A stretch of 64,000 nucleotides of DNA from an uncultured virus (IMG/VR IMGVR_UViG_3300035654_000005) (IMGVR_UViG_3300035654_000005); one strand, 5' to 3'; shown: positions 40,137 through 50,142, counted from the first letter of the stretch. Notes: generated from the letters alone by a model not told the origin. A program made the numbers and translations.

Positions 40137-40624
40137 TGTTAGTATTCGATGGCAATTCCAAACCAATGATGCTGGATAGCATTCACACGCCAACATCAGT
40201 AGACCACTTTTGGATACTAGACTTAGCAATGCTAGATTTCACGATGATTCCGTTGATGATTTTGGAGGAAACAATTTCTCCAGCAATGGAAATTATGATC
40301 GATGGATTCAGATTTATTGTACCTGCTAGCTGGAACATAGTGGTGTATGATCGCGATACATCTCAGTTAGATGTAGTCGAAATTGCTGAAACTGCTGGTA
40401 GAGAATTTACAGCCTTTGTGTATGGTCCTCACAAAGCAAAACCAACGCCAAAAATAATTACCGCAACCAACTACCTCCCTGGGTACGCCAACGTCGGACC
40501 AGCACTAAATAAGCATCAGATGTTATGTCATCCTATTAGTCCAGATGAGTGGGTAGTAGTATCTAACTCAGATGGGTACAACAAATACCTGAAAAATCTG
40601 GTAGTTGGTGACATAGTCGGTTAA
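40136..40624 (+). CDS. hypothetical protein (beta-rich, possibly Hint-like fold)
   Basis: Coupled to uvsW; the fold suggestion is by eye only. Confidence 0.6.
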   Translation: MLVFDGNSKPMMLDSIHTPTSVDHFWILDLAMLDFTMIPLMILEETISPAMEIMIDGFRFIVPASWNIVVYDRDTSQLDVVEIAETAGREFTAFVYGPHKAKPTPKIITATNYLPGYANVGPALNKHQMLCHPISPDEWVVVSNSDGYNKYLKNLVVGDIVG

Positions 40625-40636
40625 CAGGAGAATAAA

Positions 40637-41026
40637 ATGGCTGAAAAAACAACACCAAATATAACAATTAAAGAATTTCGCATGTGGTTAGAGGGCGTCG
40701 AAGAGATGCAAGACGAAGGATGGGTTCCAGATCCTAAACAGTGGGCTCGTATTCGTTCAAAGATCAACTCAATTGAGGATGCCCCACTCCCAAAGCGTAA
40801 TGAGGCCCAAGTTCCTCAATACAACACTTACAACCCACACGAAGCTGCAGTAGGAACAGGATACATTCCTGAACCGTTTCAAATTCCAACTACAGTATTA
40901 GGCAATCCTCAAGGTGGTGGATTACCTGGTATGGGGAATGCTCCATCCTTTCCAGGTGGCATAGTAACAACAAAGACACCTGATATTGACACCTCTGCGG
41001 GTGGATATGTATCGAAATTCGGCTAA
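40637..41026 (+). CDS. hypothetical protein
   Basis: AGGAG RBS; EFRMWLEGVEEMQ...W.P...QW..IR N-terminus, Pro/Gly-rich tail. Confidence 0.7.
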   Translation: MAEKTTPNITIKEFRMWLEGVEEMQDEGWVPDPKQWARIRSKINSIEDAPLPKRNEAQVPQYNTYNPHEAAVGTGYIPEPFQIPTTVLGNPQGGGLPGMGNAPSFPGGIVTTKTPDIDTSAGGYVSKFG

Positions 41027-41571
41027 TGTATACACAATTAACGAATCGGAAGTTGTGGTATGATGGAGATTCGTCGTATAATGAATCTCAGATATATCAG
41101 GTACTGAAACAAAAGCGTGTTGCTTGGGTTGATTCTATGAGTGATGATATCAAAGCCTATAACAGATTGATGCCATCCGAAGATCAAATTCGTGAGAAGA
41201 CCACATTGCGTCCAATCACGACTGAGTGGATACCTGAAGTGGACACCATAACATTGGATGATATTTTTGACTACGTTACATACAATCACATAAAAATTAC
41301 GAAGAATATGCCTGATGATGAAGCTATTAATCGAGATATTCGATTGGCTAAAGAGTTACATTTGTTTCAGAATACACCTGATATGATGGATATGATAAAG
41401 AGTATAATATACGTGGTTAACACACTGACAGTATCAAAACAAGTATGGGGTGTAGGTCGTGGTAGTAGTGTATCATCCTATTTGTTATACGTTATAGGAG
41501 CACATGACGTTGACAGTTTTGAATACGAGCTTGATGTAACGGACTTTATACCCAAACTCGGGGCGACATAA
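41026..41571 (+). CDS. DNA polymerase III alpha (DnaE)-like N-terminal palm fragment
   Basis: RLAKEL...WGVGRGSSVSSYLLYVIGAHDVD matches the DnaE GPGRGSxAGSLVAYxLxITxxDP motif. Confidence 0.85.
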   Translation: MYTQLTNRKLWYDGDSSYNESQIYQVLKQKRVAWVDSMSDDIKAYNRLMPSEDQIREKTTLRPITTEWIPEVDTITLDDIFDYVTYNHIKITKNMPDDEAINRDIRLAKELHLFQNTPDMMDMIKSIIYVVNTLTVSKQVWGVGRGSSVSSYLLYVIGAHDVDSFEYELDVTDFIPKLGAT

Positions 41572-41614
41572 ATATGATGCTACACCACATATACAACATA
41601 AGGATACGTACAAC

Positions 41615-41830
41615 ATGAGCAAAGTTACTAGAAGTGCAAAGGGAGCAATAGTCGATTTTGATTTGCTTAAAATTAAAGAGCAAATGGCAGCTACTCCTAA
41701 GGCAGCTCCTGTGAAAGCAAGAGAGAATTTTATCGATCAACGGTTTAAACGCCGCATTAAAAAAGCAGCTACACCAACAGCTGTAGTTGATCCAACCGAA
41801 GTACTAGATGAAGAACCAGTAGATGAATAA
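41615..41830 (+). CDS. small hypothetical protein
   Basis: AAGGA RBS; late motif CATAAATA at 41567-41574; RSAKGAIVDFDLLK. Confidence 0.7.
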   Translation: MSKVTRSAKGAIVDFDLLKIKEQMAATPKAAPVKARENFIDQRFKRRIKKAATPTAVVDPTEVLDEEPVDE

Positions 41831-42131
41831 TCCAGAAGCAGTTGCAATTAAAAATCATATAGTATTTCAATTTGTAGATGAAATTGACCACGACGGCAAA
41901 TTTATCGAAAAACACGACACCATTCACATAATGTCTGGTGACTTCCAAGATAGTTCTGCTTTGCCTCGTTGGGGTAAAGTAGTACTAGCAGGTCCTGATG
42001 TTGATCAAAGCATTTCAGCGGCGGGCACACAAATTCTCATCGAAAGTCTAAAGTGGACTATGGGATTCAAAATCGAATCAGAAACGTTTTGGCGCACCGA
42101 CGAATCGTGTGTGTTAGCAGTAGCAGAATAA
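41823..42131 (+). CDS. GroES-like co-chaperonin
   Basis: AIKNHIVF, PRWGKVVLAGPD, GTQILI, ESCVLAV; about 100 aa. Confidence 0.65.
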   Translation: MNNPEAVAIKNHIVFQFVDEIDHDGKFIEKHDTIHIMSGDFQDSSALPRWGKVVLAGPDVDQSISAAGTQILIESLKWTMGFKIESETFWRTDESCVLAVAE

Positions 42132-42140
42132 GGAATTGAC

Positions 42141-43277
42141 ATGGGTTTTATTGTTTTATTATCAATAGGCGCTTTACTATTAGCCACAGTATCTGGATTC
42201 TTCAGTGTGTGGGGATTAGCTCAAACATACAGTGGTATCTTCTGGTGCGTAGTAGCGATGGGTGTTGCAATTGAATACGGCAAACTAATTGCCATTTCAT
42301 ACATTTATCGATTCTGGAACGAAGGACCCAAGCTATTAAATTATTACTTACTGGTTGCAATTGCAGCCGTGATGATGGTAACGGGAGCTGGTCACTACGG
42401 GTTCTTATCTTCTGGTTATCAAACGGATTCATTACCACTTAAACAAGTACAAGAACAAATTACTGTGTTGGAAGAAGAACGCACTCGTGTTCTTGATCGT
42501 AAAACACAAATTGATACACAAATATCACAACTTCCAACCAACTCAGTTCGTGGCAGAACACAGTTAATTCGCCAGTTTAGAGGCGAACAACAACAGACGA
42601 CAGCTCGCGTAACAGAACTGGACAGTAAACTGCTTGAGTTGAAACAGCAACGAATTACCAGTGAAGCTCACACAGGTCCAATTGTGTTTATCGCTAAAGC
42701 AGCAAATGTCGACACCGATACAGCTACACACTACTTAACATTACTTCTAATATTTGTATTCGATCCACTAGCGATTGCATTAACATGGGCGACCAACGTT
42801 GCCATCCGCAAGCGTGCCGACAGTCTGTTACCAGTAGAGGAGCCTGAGCTGATTGATGTTGATGAGCCAGAAATAATAGACAAACCAACGGAGGTTGCAG
42901 ATCAAATATATGAAGCAGCTTACGAAGAACCACAGGTACTGACTTCGGAGTTGATTCCTGAGGTTGAAATAGAGGATACTGTTGAACCAGAACCTGTACC
43001 TGAGCCACAAATCGTGGATGCAGAAGATAAAGTTGAATTGGATCAACCCACCCAATCTTCTGCAACTCCACCAGCTAGACGTCGTAGACCTTATCCAGGT
43101 ACATGGTCAACTAACCCAAACCAAAGCGTAACTGAGTTAATGTCACACTACAAGTACCTTGCAGCTAAATTGGCGGCTTCAGATCCAAATGATGCATTCA
43201 CGAATGACGACGAGTGGGAAATGAAAGCAATAGAAGAAGTGCTGACCAAGCAAGGCTTGGGACAGTATATTAAATAA
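42141..43277 (+). CDS. membrane protein with a coiled coil and an acidic Pro-rich tail
   Basis: Three N-terminal hydrophobic helices, coiled coil, then LLIFVFDPLAIAL. Confidence 0.7.
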   Translation: MGFIVLLSIGALLLATVSGFFSVWGLAQTYSGIFWCVVAMGVAIEYGKLIAISYIYRFWNEGPKLLNYYLLVAIAAVMMVTGAGHYGFLSSGYQTDSLPLKQVQEQITVLEEERTRVLDRKTQIDTQISQLPTNSVRGRTQLIRQFRGEQQQTTARVTELDSKLLELKQQRITSEAHTGPIVFIAKAANVDTDTATHYLTLLLIFVFDPLAIALTWATNVAIRKRADSLLPVEEPELIDVDEPEIIDKPTEVADQIYEAAYEEPQVLTSELIPEVEIEDTVEPEPVPEPQIVDAEDKVELDQPTQSSATPPARRRRPYPGTWSTNPNQSVTELMSHYKYLAAKLAASDPNDAFTNDDEWEMKAIEEVLTKQGLGQYIK

Positions 43278-43296
43278 CTATAATAAAGAGAGTATA

Positions 43297-44244
43297 ATGA
43301 ATAAACATAAGTTGTGGGTCGAAAAATATCGACCTAGGGATCTATCCGACTACATATTCAAAGATCCTGCATTTGAGGAATTTGTACATACGTGTATTGA
43401 GAATCAATCATTCCCTCACCTACTACTAAGTGGCGTACAAGGCACTGGTAAAACAACAATCGCAAATATCCTCATCACACAGACTGGTGTATTACCAGAA
43501 GATGTGATGGAGATTAATGCATCTTCTTCCAACTCGATTGAAACAGTACGTAGTGATATCAATACGTTCGCCACAACCTTTCCGATGGGCAAATTCAAGG
43601 TAATTGTGCTTGAAGAAGCTGATCGTCTTACTGTAGATGCGCAACGTGCTTTGAAAGTAATCATGGAAACGTACTCGGACACAGTCCGCTTCATATTTAC
43701 TACTAATCGCGAGTACAAAATCGACCCAGCGTTGAAATCGAGAATGCAACAATTCTCATTCCAACGATCAGATCCAAACGACATTGCTGAATACATTGTT
43801 GGTATCTTAGTAAAAGAAAACGTGAAGTTTACTTTAGATCTCGTTGATCAATATGTTGCTTTGGGATATCCTGATATACGTAAAGTCGTTCAACTTGTAT
43901 CGCAACATAGTGGTACGGGCGTCCTTATCGAACCTCGTGAGACAAGCGTTGATGCTGAATACAAAAGTAAGCTGCTAGACTTGATCAAGCGAGATAAGTG
44001 GGGGACTATACGCGACTTATTGTGTGGTGCAGTTGGTCCTGAAGAGTGGGAAGATGTTTACAAATACATGTATACCAACATTCACCAATCACCATCGTTT
44101 GCTCGTGATGGTGTAAAGTGGGATGATGCTATCATTATCATCAACGATCACTTGTATAAACACGCTTTTGTAGCAGATCCTGAGATATGTGCGTCAGCCA
44201 TGTTCAGTCAACTTAAACTATTACAACAACAGACTGTAGGATAA
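43297..44244 (+). CDS. clamp loader AAA+ subunit (T4 gp44 / RFC-like)
   Basis: LWVEKYRP, GVQGTGKTT, EINAS, LEEADRLT..AQ.AL, LKSR. Confidence 0.93.
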   Translation: MNKHKLWVEKYRPRDLSDYIFKDPAFEEFVHTCIENQSFPHLLLSGVQGTGKTTIANILITQTGVLPEDVMEINASSSNSIETVRSDINTFATTFPMGKFKVIVLEEADRLTVDAQRALKVIMETYSDTVRFIFTTNREYKIDPALKSRMQQFSFQRSDPNDIAEYIVGILVKENVKFTLDLVDQYVALGYPDIRKVVQLVSQHSGTGVLIEPRETSVDAEYKSKLLDLIKRDKWGTIRDLLCGAVGPEEWEDVYKYMYTNIHQSPSFARDGVKWDDAIIIINDHLYKHAFVADPEICASAMFSQLKLLQQQTVG

Positions 44245-44245
44245 T

Positions 44246-44578
44246 ATGGCAAGACGTAAAAAACCAGAAAACGAATCAAAAGACGAAACACTAATCCGTC
44301 GCCAGATGGAATCAGTATCTGACCACGCTACTCGCAATGAAAAAGTATCGTGGGATAGAAAAATGGATAATATGGTTTCTCTATTGGCTACACTACGTCC
44401 AATCGAAGAGCAGATTTCAGAGCTTATTGCTAAGAAAGTGCCAATTATGGACAACATTGCAGCTTTGAGACAAGAGATGGTACAAGAGTGTGTTCACCCA
44501 TACACCCATCTAGTCCATAAAACTACTGTTATTGAATGCAAATTCTGCATGGCTAAACTGTCCATTCCACCACAATGA
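44246..44578 (+). CDS. hypothetical protein with a CxH...CxxC motif
   Basis: ECVHP...ECKFC; within the clamp-loader operon. Confidence 0.65.
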   Translation: MARRKKPENESKDETLIRRQMESVSDHATRNEKVSWDRKMDNMVSLLATLRPIEEQISELIAKKVPIMDNIAALRQEMVQECVHPYTHLVHKTTVIECKFCMAKLSIPPQ

Positions 44579-45048
44579 CCGATAAACTTGACATCTTTCA
44601 AGTGCTCGACAAGTTCTGTAATCATGACGTTGAATTCTTTGAAAAGCTAACTGACGAACAAAACAAGCAGATTCATCCGTTTGTTTTGCAGCGTTGGTTA
44701 ACAGGAACGCCCAATGAGTTCCAACTTCAATTGATAAACGAACACAGCAACATGCACGTATTTAACACATCTCACAATCATAGATTGTTGGCGTGGTATG
44801 TGTTATTAGCATCTACCATTCCTGGTAAACAGCGATACTCGTGGAAGAAAACTCTTCCAAAGAAAACGTCAAATCAACCACTGTCGTCTAAGGTATTAGA
44901 AGACACGTATAACTACTCACCTCAACAGGCATCGGAAGCTATTCCATTATTAACGGTTGATGATTTGTGTGAAATGGCTGAAGATCTCGGATGGCAAGAT
45001 ACCGAACTGCAACTATTACGCAAAGAACATCATAAACCGAAGAAATAA
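44575..45048 (+). CDS. clamp loader small subunit (gp62-like)
   Basis: PFVLQRWL, RYSWKK, YNYSPQQASEAIPLLT; close to gp44. Confidence 0.7.
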   Translation: MTDKLDIFQVLDKFCNHDVEFFEKLTDEQNKQIHPFVLQRWLTGTPNEFQLQLINEHSNMHVFNTSHNHRLLAWYVLLASTIPGKQRYSWKKTLPKKTSNQPLSSKVLEDTYNYSPQQASEAIPLLTVDDLCEMAEDLGWQDTELQLLRKEHHKPKK

Positions 45049-45767
45049 TGAAATTAGACAAGATCTTTAAAAACATGGAACCTTCTAAAACACGGCCCAC
45101 CTTCTGGTGCAAGTGGTGTAGAAGGTCCTTCGTAAAAGAAGGGGCTTATTTAGAGCATCAGTGTAAGCAAATGAAACGAGCTGAGGAATTTCAAACTCCG
45201 CTTGGTCAAACTGCATGGAGATTTTACGACTTCTGGTTTAAAGCTAAGAATCGCTTACCACCTCCAGCACAAAGTTTCTTAGATTCTAAGTATTACATGA
45301 CGTTGATTAACTTCACTAAATTTGTGAAGTCGGTTAATCTTCCATCGCCTGAACGCTTCATAAAGTATATGGTAGAGCGAGACTATCCACCATCTATGTG
45401 GATTACGAATGTGGTGTATGTTGAATACTTAGAATATTTAGACAATCACGTCAATCCAATGGATCATGTGAAAACGTCGATAGATACAATTCTGAAGTTA
45501 TGTGAAGCTCTCCAAGTTGATTCGTCTCAAATATTTCATGAACTAGATACATACGAAGTAATTGATCTGATACAAGGCCGCCAACTGTCACCATGGTTAC
45601 TGTTGTTTTGCAGCACGTTTAGTGAGCATTACGAGAACAAAGCAACGCCCGAACAACGAGTTCTAATAGAGACCCTAATTAGACCAGAGTTTTGGGCTGA
45701 GAAATTTGATCAATATCCCAAAGAGTTGGACCAAATCAAACAATATGTGCAAGCATTGGACTTATAG
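45048..45767 (+). CDS. hypothetical protein with an N-terminal zinc finger
   Basis: FWCKWCRRSFVKEGAYLEHQC; LSPWLLL. Confidence 0.65.
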   Translation: MKLDKIFKNMEPSKTRPTFWCKWCRRSFVKEGAYLEHQCKQMKRAEEFQTPLGQTAWRFYDFWFKAKNRLPPPAQSFLDSKYYMTLINFTKFVKSVNLPSPERFIKYMVERDYPPSMWITNVVYVEYLEYLDNHVNPMDHVKTSIDTILKLCEALQVDSSQIFHELDTYEVIDLIQGRQLSPWLLLFCSTFSEHYENKATPEQRVLIETLIRPEFWAEKFDQYPKELDQIKQYVQALDL

Positions 45768-45840
45768 CTTGATTGTGTAGCATCTTATTGGTTTAATGTA
45801 TAAATATACATACACAGTAACATGAACACGGAGCACGCTA

Positions 45841-46932
45841 ATGGCACAACCATATGTAATCGATTTTACCGATCCACTAAAAGCATCATTCTCAATTCCA
45901 GTAGCTGGATTTAATGGTCCTGGTGGAACACAAGCAAACACTACTTTACGTCTATACGGTCGAGGAGCTCTTGACTGGGGTGAAGCAACAGACGAAAACT
46001 TAGTTCGTTTGACTGAAAGTTTTAGTAGTGCGTCTAGCCCACTAAATCCAATCGATGGCCAAGTATGGCGCGAAGTTAAACTATACTGGCACAATACAAC
46101 AGCCGGTAACTTCTCAGGTTGGTATGTATATAACTCAACGACACATGCATGGGCGTTGTTGAATGGTACTGGTATCGTTGCATCAGCTCCTGGCGTTCCA
46201 TCCGTCGGGTTCCACTACTACGACAATGCTACGCAGAAGCTATATTTGTATGATAGCAGATACAAGCAACAAGCTGCTGCATTCTTCGAACGCTCATTTA
46301 CTCCAGCTTCTACAGCTCCAGGTTCAGCACAACCTGAAACAGTATTTAAGGTGTATTCGGAAGCGGCACAAAACTGGTTATTTGTAAACCCATCAGTTGT
46401 TACATCAACTACTCCACCAACAGCTAACTTAGAGCCAGGTGTACTTTGGTTCCATCCTGTAACAAAAGCTTTTGCTGTGTACAATGGTACAACATTCTCG
46501 CAAATTGGCGTGGGTGGTTCAACATTTGACATGGGTTCAAACAATGTTACTAACTTAGCTACACAAACGTATCCTCTGCCAGATTCAAACAACGCTGCAA
46601 CTATCAATTACGTAAATGATGGTATCGCATCAGCAATTTCTGCTGGACCTGGTGCTGGTATTGACTTGCTTGGTGCTGGTATTGTAGTAAAAACAGGTGC
46701 TGGTACATACGCTGCTCGTCAAGTAGCTCCAGGTACTGGTATTAGTGTGACTAATCCGGCTGGTACAGCAGGCAACCCAACAGTAGCAGTTGATACAGCA
46801 GTTATTGCAACTAAAGCATACGTTGACTCGACTGTATCAGCAAATATTGGTGTTGTTACTGTGGAACCAGTTTCAGCAGGTGTTCCAAGCAATAGTATCG
46901 GTAACAATGGCGATATTAGATATCAATACTAA
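45841..46932 (+). CDS. fibre/baseplate-associated structural protein
   Basis: TATAAATA at 45799-45806; LRLYGRGALDWGEATDENLVRLTESF...PIDGQVW domain shared with 51831 and 53976; ends GNNGDIRYQY. Confidence 0.72.
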   Translation: MAQPYVIDFTDPLKASFSIPVAGFNGPGGTQANTTLRLYGRGALDWGEATDENLVRLTESFSSASSPLNPIDGQVWREVKLYWHNTTAGNFSGWYVYNSTTHAWALLNGTGIVASAPGVPSVGFHYYDNATQKLYLYDSRYKQQAAAFFERSFTPASTAPGSAQPETVFKVYSEAAQNWLFVNPSVVTSTTPPTANLEPGVLWFHPVTKAFAVYNGTTFSQIGVGGSTFDMGSNNVTNLATQTYPLPDSNNAATINYVNDGIASAISAGPGAGIDLLGAGIVVKTGAGTYAARQVAPGTGISVTNPAGTAGNPTVAVDTAVIATKAYVDSTVSANIGVVTVEPVSAGVPSNSIGNNGDIRYQY

Positions 46933-46944
46933 TCAATAGACGTT

Positions 46945-46971
46945 AAAAAAGCCGCATTATGCGGCTTTTTT
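46945..46971. terminator. bidirectional intrinsic terminator
   Basis: AAAAAAGCCGCA-TTA-TGCGGCTTTTTT between convergent genes. Confidence 0.9.
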
Positions 46972-47681
46972 TATAGACCTCTATGATGGACTCGGTGAAG
47001 ACCACTACCTGTATTAAAGAACCAGTAATTAACCCAACGTATATCCCTAGCTTTCCCATCCTTATGTAGCAAGTACACAAAGAATAAGTTACCGTCTACA
47101 ATATTCAACAACATTGGTAGCAATACACCATATACAGCAAGTGTTATGTTAAAGTATGACGTTACCCCAATAATAGCAAAAAGTATAGTGTAATAATATT
47201 TGTCTGTTATGTGGAATAAAATATTATTCTTAATAACACTAGCTGATCGTCCAAAGCTAGTTAGCATTTTTACATTGTTACCAACATATTGGTCGTATTT
47301 GTGTGCATCTAACGCCCAAAGCCCAAATATCAAATACCACTTATTGAAATATAAAGGACTGTGTGGATCTTTATCAGTATCAACGTAGTAGTGATGAATA
47401 ATGTGATACTTAGCGAAGAAGCTAAGTCTCGTCAATCCACACATTAGCCACGATATAGGTATTAGTATCTTGTTCAATCCTGTTATTCGTGCTAATCCAT
47501 GAACAACTAATAAGTGTTCACCGCCGCCACCAATTTTTTGTATCAGTTTGAAATAAACTAAACTTGCAGCCATCCACAACCAACTAAATTCATGGGTAGC
47601 AAAATACCACGTTGGTATAACTACGGACAACATCAACAACACTAGCTGTAATCGTCCATCCCACTTAGTAATATTATCCAC
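46971..47681 (-). CDS. membrane fatty-acid desaturase-like protein (divergent type B, copy 2)
   Basis: His boxes HLLVVH, HIIHH (then D..KDPHSP), HRVHH; several hydrophobic segments. Confidence 0.8.
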   Translation of the reverse strand: MDNITKWDGRLQLVLLMLSVVIPTWYFATHEFSWLWMAASLVYFKLIQKIGGGGEHLLVVHGLARITGLNKILIPISWLMCGLTRLSFFAKYHIIHHYYVDTDKDPHSPLYFNKWYLIFGLWALDAHKYDQYVGNNVKMLTSFGRSASVIKNNILFHITDKYYYTILFAIIGVTSYFNITLAVYGVLLPMLLNIVDGNLFFVYLLHKDGKARDIRWVNYWFFNTGSGLHRVHHRGL

Positions 47682-47928
47682 TTAATTTATCACCTAGTTT
47701 AGTAGCAACAATTGCCACTAACGAGTCAATCGTAAATTTGCCTTTACCTACGTCTTCCAAGTCAATAGCAATATCATACGTGTCTTCAATTGACATAACG
47801 ATCTCAATCGTACTTAAACTATCAATACCAAGATCTTTTAATGGTTCGCCGTCTGGAACTGAAGACAATCCGGATTCTTTTTTAATTATCGATGCAACAG
47901 TGGTTTTAACTTCTGCTAGTGTGGTCAT
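47674..47928 (-). CDS. acyl carrier protein
   Basis: 84 aa, acidic; LKDLGIDSLSTIEIVMSIEDTYDIAI contains the phosphopantetheinylation Ser (DSL). Confidence 0.92.
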   Translation of the reverse strand: MTTLAEVKTTVASIIKKESGLSSVPDGEPLKDLGIDSLSTIEIVMSIEDTYDIAIDLEDVGKGKFTIDSLVAIVATKLGDKLSG

Positions 47929-47929
47929 A

Positions 47930-48688
47930 TTAACGCTTTCTAATTAGATTGATTATGATTGCTGATAAATCAAATTCAAACCAGCGCTCTGTCGGGTTGA
48001 AAGATGATGCATCGTTGTGGTGATTATTGTGGTAAGCTTCCCCTGGAAACAGTATAGTTGACAACCAATTGTTGTGACTATTGTCTGTAGTCTGGTGATT
48101 TCTGTAGTGAATGTACGGAATCTTAAAGTGGTATACATACGTAGTAAAGAATAAACCCACAAATGAAACTGCAGTTGCAATCATTAGTGTGATCAACCAT
48201 TCGTAATTATATACACCAACAGTAAAGTATGTACCAAATACTACCACATATAGATGTTTGTGGAAGAATTTGTGCCACTTATCTGATGTTAGATCCCTAC
48301 AATTTTTGAGGTTTAGTATCATATCCGTTGATGGGTGATTAGCAAATAATCTCATCACAAACAGAGAATTCAACCAACCTACTTTTTTAGGATTGTGTGG
48401 ATCATTGTCTGAATCACTAGTTGCGTGGTGAAGCCTATGTAGGTTTGCCCAAGCTAATGGAGATCCATTGAGATTCAACGAAGCAATATACAGAAGAACT
48501 GGGTGCAAATACTCAGACACTTTATACGTTCGATGAGTGACATACTTGTGTAATATCACACTGCACACTATCATGTGGAAAAACCAACCTAATATTAATC
48601 CATGCACCCAGACATTCACGTCAACAGCCCAGTAAAATAGTAAAGAAGCTGCAGCAATGTAATAGAGACTGTTATAAATTATGTTCAA
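47930..48688 (-). CDS. Delta9-like membrane fatty-acid desaturase (type A, copy 2); start uncertain (TTG 48688 proposed)
   Basis: HKYVTH, WANLHRLHH..SD...DPHNP, GEAYHNNHH. Confidence 0.9.
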   Translation of the reverse strand: MNIIYNSLYYIAAASLLFYWAVDVNVWVHGLILGWFFHMIVCSVILHKYVTHRTYKVSEYLHPVLLYIASLNLNGSPLAWANLHRLHHATSDSDNDPHNPKKVGWLNSLFVMRLFANHPSTDMILNLKNCRDLTSDKWHKFFHKHLYVVVFGTYFTVGVYNYEWLITLMIATAVSFVGLFFTTYVYHFKIPYIHYRNHQTTDNSHNNWLSTILFPGEAYHNNHHNDASSFNPTERWFEFDLSAIIINLIRKR

Positions 48689-49376
48689 TGTATTTACCAA
48701 CCATGTGATGTGTGCGGTGTTCCCCACCTTTGTCGGGAATCCAGTAATTAAGCCATTTGTCATTCTTTGATTTGCCTCCTCTGTGCAGATAGTACACAAA
48801 AAAGATGTTATTATTTATATTGCAAAATAGCATAGGCAACATGAAGAAGTAGAACGTATATTGCACAGAAAAATACAATCCTATGCTCAATATTGTTAAT
48901 AATATCCTGTAGTAATAAGTATCTACGAACTGTGCTAATTTATCATCAACGTAAACCTTCGATTGATCAATATTAAACTGATCATATTGGTACATAGTTA
49001 GTGGATATAATCCAAATATCAAATAGAACTTATTGAAGAATTTTGGACTATGAGGATCTTTTTCCGAATCTACGAATCTGTGGTGGATCGTGTGATACTT
49101 AGCGAAGAAGCTTGGACGACCAATATTGGATATTAGCATCGAAATGCATACTAGGACCTTATACATTCCACTAGGTTTGATGATATGATGACTGATCCAC
49201 ATATGCAAACCCACGTATAGTCCCAACCGTTCGACGATTTTAAATATCAACACTGATACAACAATCAGCAGTGGGTCATGATACCATACCAATAGGAACA
49301 AACACAAAGTTAAACTACACATAATAGCTACGTGTAGTGTTGCATACCACTTGTCTTTGAATTGGATATCAGACAT
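48672..49376 (-). CDS. membrane fatty-acid desaturase-like protein (divergent type B, copy 1)
   Basis: HMWISHH, HTIHH..D..KDPHSP, HRTHH. Confidence 0.82.
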   Translation of the reverse strand: MSDIQFKDKWYATLHVAIMCSLTLCLFLLVWYHDPLLIVVSVLIFKIVERLGLYVGLHMWISHHIIKPSGMYKVLVCISMLISNIGRPSFFAKYHTIHHRFVDSEKDPHSPKFFNKFYLIFGLYPLTMYQYDQFNIDQSKVYVDDKLAQFVDTYYYRILLTILSIGLYFSVQYTFYFFMLPMLFCNINNNIFFVYYLHRGGKSKNDKWLNYWIPDKGGEHRTHHMVGKYIEHNL

Positions 49377-49378
49377 TA

Positions 49379-50140
49379 TTAACGTTTTCTGATCAGATTG
49401 ATGAACCACTTATTAGCATCCCATTCAAACCACTTCTCAGCGTTTGAGATTGCTCCTGGATTGTTGTGGTGATTATTGTGGTAAGCTTCACCGTGAAACA
49501 ATAAGCCTGACCACAAGTTATTGTGGCTGTCGTCGCCAGTTACGTGATTTGTATAATTGAAAGGGCTTTTCTTGTGATACGGATACACGCTGAAGAACAC
49601 CCCGATTAATGTATATAACACACCTACAAAATACACTGCCAACACTTGCCACGAGATACACAACATAACTAACATGGATAATACAGCAACCTCCAGATAA
49701 TACTTGTGTAGTATTCTCAGGGTTTTATCTCGAATTAAATCTTTGCTGTTTAGCATAGCTGAATCACAGGATGATAGATCTACGGTTAAGAAGAATAATT
49801 TAAAAGCTGAATACTTGGCTGGACTATGTGGATCATCAGCATCATCGGAATGTTGATGATGGGTACGATGCATGCTTGCCCATGAAATTGTACTACCTAC
49901 TAAAATCAAGTTGCCTATGAAACACCAGAATATGTGAGCCAGTTTGCTAAGATTGAATGTTCGGTGAGTTATGTACCGATGAACGATAATGCTGCCAGCA
50001 GTCCAGTGCAACATCCACCCAAATATACAACCGTACGCGATTAGATCATAACGTTGTTGAGTTATTAAAAATACTAGAGTGGCTATTATTATAGCGTATA
50101 TAAGTTTAAGTGCAGTTAGTGTAAAGCTAGTAGGGAACAT
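49379..50140 (-). CDS. Delta9-like membrane fatty-acid desaturase (type A, copy 1)
   Basis: HRYITH, WASMHRTHH.HSD...DPHSP, GEAYHNNHH. Confidence 0.92.
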   Translation of the reverse strand: MFPTSFTLTALKLIYAIIIATLVFLITQQRYDLIAYGCIFGWMLHWTAGSIIVHRYITHRTFNLSKLAHIFWCFIGNLILVGSTISWASMHRTHHQHSDDADDPHSPAKYSAFKLFFLTVDLSSCDSAMLNSKDLIRDKTLRILHKYYLEVAVLSMLVMLCISWQVLAVYFVGVLYTLIGVFFSVYPYHKKSPFNYTNHVTGDDSHNNLWSGLLFHGEAYHNNHHNNPGAISNAEKWFEWDANKWFINLIRKR

Positions 50141-50142
50141 AG

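Noticed and set aside
48689..48799. Long N-terminal extension of DesA2 given by the ORF track
   Set aside because: It overlaps the last His box of DesB1 in another frame; comparison with DesA1 favours a start near 48688
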